Notes under the pieces: model-generated
The model's database searches: none
Told to the model about the DNA's origin: nothing
The model's input: the letters and a program-made list of their open reading frames with translations, nothing else
Translations under genes and position numbers: made by a program
In this document: one piece after another, positions 57,251 through 64,000 of the stretch
Position numbering within the stretch: the first letter of the stretch is position 1
Layout: each line of letters opens with the position of its first letter
DNA from: the human T2T-CHM13v2.0 reference genome, Homo sapiens
Strand: one strand, 5' to 3'
Assembly: GCF_009914755.1 (NCBI RefSeq)
Contig: NC_060926.1
Length of the DNA stretch: 64,000 nt

Positions 57251-57640
57251 TGTGTCATTTGGGTACTCTGGGAAGCAGATGCTGAGACAGGAATGTAAAA
57301 GGTTTATTGGAGGGTAACGAAACAATTTAGAAATGAATTGTGGAGGAAGCAGTACTGGGCATAGAGAACCTCAGACCATGATGCAGAACTGAGTCTTGAC
57401 TAACAGGAGGAGCTCAGGAGCGAAGACTGCCCATGAGGACACCCACTCAGGGCAGAAATGGCTGGTACCCTGGCCCTGCTCAGTCATTGGCAGGGACTTC
57501 CCTAGGGGTGTGGCCTTGCGTTGAAAGCTGAAGCACACAGCCTGAAGGAACTGACAGATGGAGCTTATCAGCTAATTTGCATTCTTTACAGCTAAACTGT
57601 ACATTCTTTCTTGAGGGGAAATTGAGCAGTACGCTCCATG
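57251..57640 (-). mobile_element. Old ERVL LTR (LTR16-like)
   Basis: GGGTACTCTGGGAAGCAGATGCTGAGA...GGTTTATTGGAGGGTAAC resembles LTR16 family; subfamily uncertain. Confidence 0.5.
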
Positions 57641-57713
57641 ACTTTAGAAGAAATGCTGGAGAAGACAAATAGTAAAATCCTTATCCTTATTTGACCTTTT
57701 TTGCTGCTAATTC

Positions 57714-57868
57714 CTTTTTTTTTTAAGAGATGGAGTCTCACTGTCACCCAGGCTGGAGTGCAGTGGCACAGTGATGGCTCACTGCAGCGTCAAACACCAG
57801 AGCTCAAATAATCCTCCCACCTCAGCCTCCTGAGTATCTGAGATTACAGGTGTACCACCATGCCCACC
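57714..57868 (-). mobile_element. Alu right arm / FRAM
   Basis: Single arm with T tail. Confidence 0.8.
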
Positions 57869-57980
57869 TTTGACTTTTTAACTTATTCCCTATCAGATAG
57901 TCTCCTATCTGGACTATCTGAAGGGTGGTTTTAAAAACATATTTCTGTGGAATACCTACCCACTTAAAAATGTGTAATAA

Positions 57981-59084
57981 TGATGCCAGCAGGGAAGTGT
58001 GGCTGGGGCTGCATATTCCATGGAGCCAGGGGGAGCCCTTCTCCTTCTGAGTTGGGACAGGAACTCCCAGTGCTGCTGCAGCCACCCAAACCGCAGCTGT
58101 AGACCCTCCTGCTCTACGGAGCAGGCAGGAGCCCCGCCCTCCTGGGCTCCTCAAACTGCAGCTGTGGATCCAAGCTTCCCTGTGTTTTTGAGGGAGCCAG
58201 GAACAGGCAGGATCTGCCCTCCTGGGTGCAGCTGCAGCTGCCGCACCCACAGCCGCAGATCTGGGTCTCCTGCTCCAGGAAGCAGGCAGGAGCTGTGGAC
58301 AAGCAGGAGCCCTGCCCCTTCCAAGTTGATGGGGTGGGAGCTCGCGGGTGCAGCCGTGACCGCCCTCCCAGGTGTAGAACCCGGGAATCTCTGCAGCCTG
58401 TGCCCTCAGGGGTCCCAGGAAGGACCCCCCCCCCCAACCCCCATCCCTGCAGGTTCAGGGGTACCTGTTCAGACAGAGTCCTGAATGGAAGGGGCGAGTC
58501 CCCAGTAAGTCCCCACCTTCCAGCCAGGGAGGTCCTGAAGACTGGGGACCAGGCTGCCAGTGGCTGCCAGTCCCTCCAACAGGAGTGGGGACTCATGCTC
58601 TTCCGTGCTGCTCATGGCTGCCTATGGACCAATCAGCATGTACTTCCTCCTCTCTGAGGTCCGTAAAAGCCCTGGGCTCAGCCAGAGCAGGGCAGAGGAT
58701 GACGGGATGACCAGCTGCAGAGAGGAGTACTCTACTGATAACTGGAGATGATGGGCGACCACCTTCAGAGAGAAACTGTTAGCAGAGAGGAGCTGCCGTC
58801 TGCTGAGAGCTTCAGAGACCTGCAGACATCTGAATGACTTGCCTGCAGAGAGGAGCCACTCTTTTCAGGGCCTTCTCTCAGCTGAGAGCTGAACACCCAA
58901 TGGGATAATTGCCTACAGAGAGGAGCCACCCACTCCTCTGAGCTGTTCCAACACAATAAAACTCTTTTTCACCCTTCACTTGTCTGCATACCTCATTCTT
59001 CCCTGGATGGAGGACAAGAATTCAGGCACCATGGCCATAGAGGTTTCTGGCCAGAAAAATTGACACCCCAGAGATCCTGTAACA
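57981..59084 (+). mobile_element. GC-rich solo ERV1 LTR (MER52-like)
   Basis: TGATGCC ... GACACCCCAGAGATCCTGTAACA termini; 4-bp TSD ATAA at 57977-57980 and 59085-59088; internal CCAAT and AATAAA. Confidence 0.85.
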
Positions 59085-59274
59085 ATAATCTATTTCTAAT
59101 TCAGAAACACAAAAAGATTTCATAAAAATTAAGTTAACAGATAACATTTTTCTGAATTTTAAGTTGTATTAATTCTTCATAAATTTGATGCCTCATGACA
59201 TATCTGTTAAGTATTAGTACACAACAGTGTACTATTGTGTACTAATACTGTTTACACTTTTTCTTGGACATAAC

Positions 59275-59456
59275 TTTGCCTGGTCTGGCTGCAGACCCTG
59301 CACGGAGTTTGCTCCTGTGTGGGTGGAGTGGCCGCCTGGATCCCACACTTGTTTACTGACGTGCTCCCTGCCGCAAGGGGTTGAGCACAGCAGGCCGAGT
59401 AGACAGGGTGCCCCTGCTGGGAGTCTGGCAAAGGGTCTGAGAGAAATCTTGCATCA
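59275..59456 (+). mobile_element. 3' fragment of an ERV1 LTR (LTR1/LTR27/MER52 clade)
   Basis: GC-rich piece ending ...GAGAAATCTTGCATCA. Confidence 0.5.
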
Positions 59457-59592
59457 CTGCCAACGTTGGATTCAATATTTCATGTTTTTCTGAAAAAAAT
59501 GCTCTACTCTGAAAACAGCAGCACTGTTTGAGTTGTTCAGTCACTAGAACAAAATTTAGAACTTCTCTACTGCCATTAAAATTAAATGATAG

Positions 59593-59914
<322 letters not shown>

Positions 59915-60249
59915 TCACCAAGGGTAAGTAATATCTTATGCAAAATCATCTTTACAATAATTCCGTGAACACTTTTTGAAACAAATCAATTATGCAAAAG
60001 AATCAGTTATTGGTCAGTTAACTAAATTGGCTATATAATGAGACTTATTAAATTACAAGGTTAGGGAAGTAGAGCTTGTGGTGCCCGGTAAAAAAGAACG
60101 TCTTTCTTAAATTAGCAAGTCCATATCCTAAGTCTTACTTTGCTACATGCTACATTTATTCAACAAACATTTAGGGAGTGCCTACAACGGAAGAGGCACT
60201 ATGGGGACACAGCTACGAACAGGCACTTTATAGAAGAAAGCCAGCCAGC

Positions 60250-60990
60250 CAAATCTCATGTAAGTAGGTGCTGAACCTGCTTAGTAATCAAGGAAGTACA
60301 AATTAAGACCACATTGAGGTTCTATTTTATATCCCTTAGACTAAAGGTCTAACAAAGCCAAATGTGAGAATATGAATCATTGTGAACTCTCATACATTAT
60401 AATGCATGTGTAAATTTGTAAAATCACTTTCAAAACCAATTTAGCAGTTTTTTTGTAAAGTTATACATTGAAATAACTTGTGACCTAAAACTCTACCCCT
60501 AGACGTACATTCTAGGAAAATTTGCACATATTTGGAATGCTAAAAACAACTGGAAATACTCTCAAAACCCAATGATGTGAAATAAGTAAGTTTTGATATA
60601 TTTATCCAGCGAAATACAGCAGTTAATGAACTATAGCTACACACATGGATGAATCTTAGGAACACAATTTTGAGTGGAAAAGAACTCCCAAGAGACTGAT
60701 ACTGTATGATATTGCCATAAACTAAAAAAACCAACACGAACAAAACAATGCTCAGGCATATGAAAACCTACGTTTTTTGAAAGGTGAGGGGATGATAAGT
60801 GCAAAATTCAGGCTAATGGTTGCATGGATGGAATAGGGAAAAGCACATAGGTGAATGAATGGTATTCATTCAAATTGAAGGTTTTGTGAGAAATAGGTTC
60901 ATAGAGGTTCATATTATGCTACATAATTTACTTATATGTGATGGGTTATTTTTTAATTTAGAAATATTTTTAAATTATTAGGTTAATTTT
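60250..60990 (+). mobile_element. Old L1M (L1ME-like) 3' fragment
   Basis: GAACTCTCATACATT, CATGGATGAATCTTAG...ATACTGTATGAT motifs. Confidence 0.6.
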
Positions 60991-61178
60991 AAAAGCAATA
61001 AAATAATGCTCCCTCTTGAATAGCCTACTTCTGCATCTAAATTGGCTAGTAGTAGGACTGACAGTAGAATGCATATTTTCTTTCAGGGTAGTGTCTTGGA
61101 AAGTCAACTTGAAAACAAAAGCAGAACATGGTATACAGTGTACTTTCCCAATAAGATGTTCTTTTTCTGTCTTTGTAA

Positions 61179-61523
<345 letters not shown>

Positions 61524-61627
61524 TAATACTTAAGAAAATTAAATCGATAAAATTATTAAATAATGTTTTATTAAAGAGATAATTCTTATTAAATGAAATA
61601 ATTTATATTAAATAAAAAATATTCCCC

Positions 61628-62009
61628 TCTAGTCTATTTTGTGCTGCTATAACAGAAGATTCAGACTGAGTAATCTATAGAGAATGAAAATTTATTCTCT
61701 CTCAGTTCTGGAGGATGAAAGTCCAAGAGCAAGCCACTGGCAGGTTAGGGCCTGGTCTCTCTGCTTCCAAGATGGCACCTAGAACACTGTGTCATCTGAG
61801 GGGAGGACCATCATATCCTCATATGGCAGAAGACCGAGACAGCAAACCAACTCCTGCAGGCCATTTTTCTAATGGCATTAACCTATCCATGAGGGCGATC
61901 CCTCATGACCTAAACACCTCCCATTAAGCCCCATCTCCCAGTGCTGTTGCATTGGGGATTAAGCTTCCAACACATGAGTTAAGAGGGGAACAAACATTCA
62001 AACCATAGC
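61628..62009 (-). mobile_element. MST-type MaLR solo LTR
   Basis: TGCTGCTATAACAGAA...CAGTTCTGGAGG...AAACATTCAAACCATAGCA. Confidence 0.85.
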
Positions 62010-64000
62010 ATCCTCTGAACCTCTGAACTTTTTTAATTCCATGCCCCAGATATAATGACTGTGAATATTTTTGTGCATTATTCCTAACATTTTCTATGTA
62101 TATGCAAACATACATATATTTATACACATTAAACACATAACTTTATTTAAAAAAAACCTGTTTGCTGAAAACTATTCGGCAATAACCTATTCCTTTACTT
62201 ACAAAACATATTTCATGTTAGAACCCATAAATCACCCTCAACACTTTTAGGGGTTATATAGTTTTCCATTGTAATAGATATGATTTAAACACTCATTTGA
62301 TCACAGTTATTTAGGTTATTGCAATGTAACAGGACAGTAAATGAGACTCTGTCAGTTTTAGTGGAAGCTTCCAAGTCTGCATATAAAATAAAAGGATCCA
62401 ACTACCCCTACATTCTATAGTGAGATGGTAGACTATGTAGGTAGGACTTATTATACAAAGGAGGCTTTTGTAAACTGGCTTAGGACCCTGAAGTCATCAT
62501 TCATCTTAAGATATAAAACATTCAAGTGTATAAGATTGAAAAAGAAAAGTTAAAATTTTAGAATGAGATATTTTGAAAAATGCTAAAGACAAAAACAAGA
62601 GATCTTTTTTAGTTTACCCAAAAGTAGATGGCAAGGATACATTGGTCCAATGTTTGGACAATGATGGCAACAAGCAATAAAGATTAAAACATTCCATTCC
62701 TACTTTGCTTCACTTTAATAATCATCATCTGGTAGGAAAGAGTAGAAGTAAAATTGCTGTGTGAGAACTGAAGCCAAAGATGAATAAAGAAGAAAAGAAT
62801 AATAGTGCAAACCATGATTCTCTAAAATAATTTATCTCTGCACCTGGAAAAGTTATGTTTGGAGCAGAATTATGAAATCGTCAAGCTATTGTCTCAGGTG
62901 AGCAGATATCTTTGATGAATTCCCTGGCAACAAAATTAAGGAGAGCTGAGAAAATTTGTTTGGGAGAGTTCTTAGAAAATACAGCTGGAAGGAGTTGGGG
63001 CAGGTAGGACTGACCAAAGTAAGAAGCTTTCCTACAGTGTGGCTGCAGCTGAGGTCCCAGCTGATCCTTCTGGGAGTTCCAGAGTTGGGGATGGCTCTTC
63101 AGAGTTGTCCCACATTGAGGCTAGAGAAGTGGGCCATTTTATTCCTGCATCAGTGAGTACTGGGAAGGGTGTGACTTTGGGTAAAGAAATTATGGTCTGC
63201 AGCTAATATCCCCAGCAGCTTGGAGTTAGATGCATCGACCCTATAGAGCAACTCTGGATGAAGTGCTGCAGTATCCGCTGTAAGAAGTAATGCAGGTTTT
63301 TCTTCCTAGTACTCATACATTTCTGTTTTAAGTCCTCATCTTTGCATGACTTTCACCACTTGTATGCTACCCTCAGGCTTACAGGAAATCATTCTGCCAC
63401 CCCCTGCCCTCCACTGCACTGGGGAGAGCAGGGCCTTGTGAGGTTGTCTTGGGCTGCTGGGATACATCATGTGGACATTTGCACTCATTCTGCTCCTGGG
63501 CAGGAGAAAACCCTCAAGCCTTGCCTTATTCACCAGGGATGCCCACATTCTCTCCTGTTCTTGGATTTCCAACTGTCTTGAGGATTTCTCCTCTGTCTTC
63601 CCATAGTCTGAACAAATTTCCATAGCTCAGTGGACCAGGGGTGGAGCTGAAGGGAAGCAGAGGACCAGGAAAAGCAGACACTGCCCGTAACTCATTTTCC
63701 CCCATTAAATTTTTGTGCTTACATTATCTCTAGGCCTAGCTTTTTTTTTTTTAATCTAAAAGCATAAGCTTCAGAAATTTTAGAAGCTCTTTCTTTGGTT
63801 TTCTGCGGTAACAGTCTTTCCCTGAGGCAATGAATGCATTGACTAAATGAATAAAAGGCAAAGAGTAAAAAATTCAGAGAAGGATTTCTCAGGTAATATC
63901 TCAAAATATTATCTCGCCACAATTACACCCAAGGATATTGACAGGATCTGTGATGAGATCCATGAAAGCTTATAATAGCCTTTGATGGCTCATGAAAAAG

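Noticed and set aside
57822-58751. Several 140-160-aa ORFs and a GC-rich patch suggesting a second promoter or gene
   Set aside because: Explained by a GC-rich, CpG-depleted MER52-like LTR with intact TSD.

Overview
Human (or closely related primate) genomic DNA containing the complete PDK1 gene (mitochondrial pyruvate dehydrogenase kinase 1; not PDPK1) on the + strand. It has a CpG-island promoter with HRE/E-box motifs and 11 coding exons (403..40221) whose GT-AG joins give an open 1311-nt, 436-aa CDS. There is also an in-frame 60-nt cassette exon at 6993..7052, a multi-kb 3'UTR with several polyA signals, and about 20 kb of repeat-rich downstream DNA. Most short ORFs in the supplied track are Alu, L1 or LTR artefacts. 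Repeats include about 37 Alu/FLAM copies (mostly antisense), a near-full-length old antisense L1 in intron 8, an RNY3 pseudogene, MER30/MER5A DNA transposons and several solo LTRs with intact target-site duplications. The oddest structure is in intron 9: a 5'-truncated HERV9 (LTR12 + env TM) whose other end is a short inverted copy of the LTR U5 terminus, with a 4-bp ATAC duplication around the whole element. I see no evidence of a wholly new gene system. The findings are structural or regulatory oddities, exon coordinates are hand-verified, and repeat subfamily names and boundaries are by eye and approximate.
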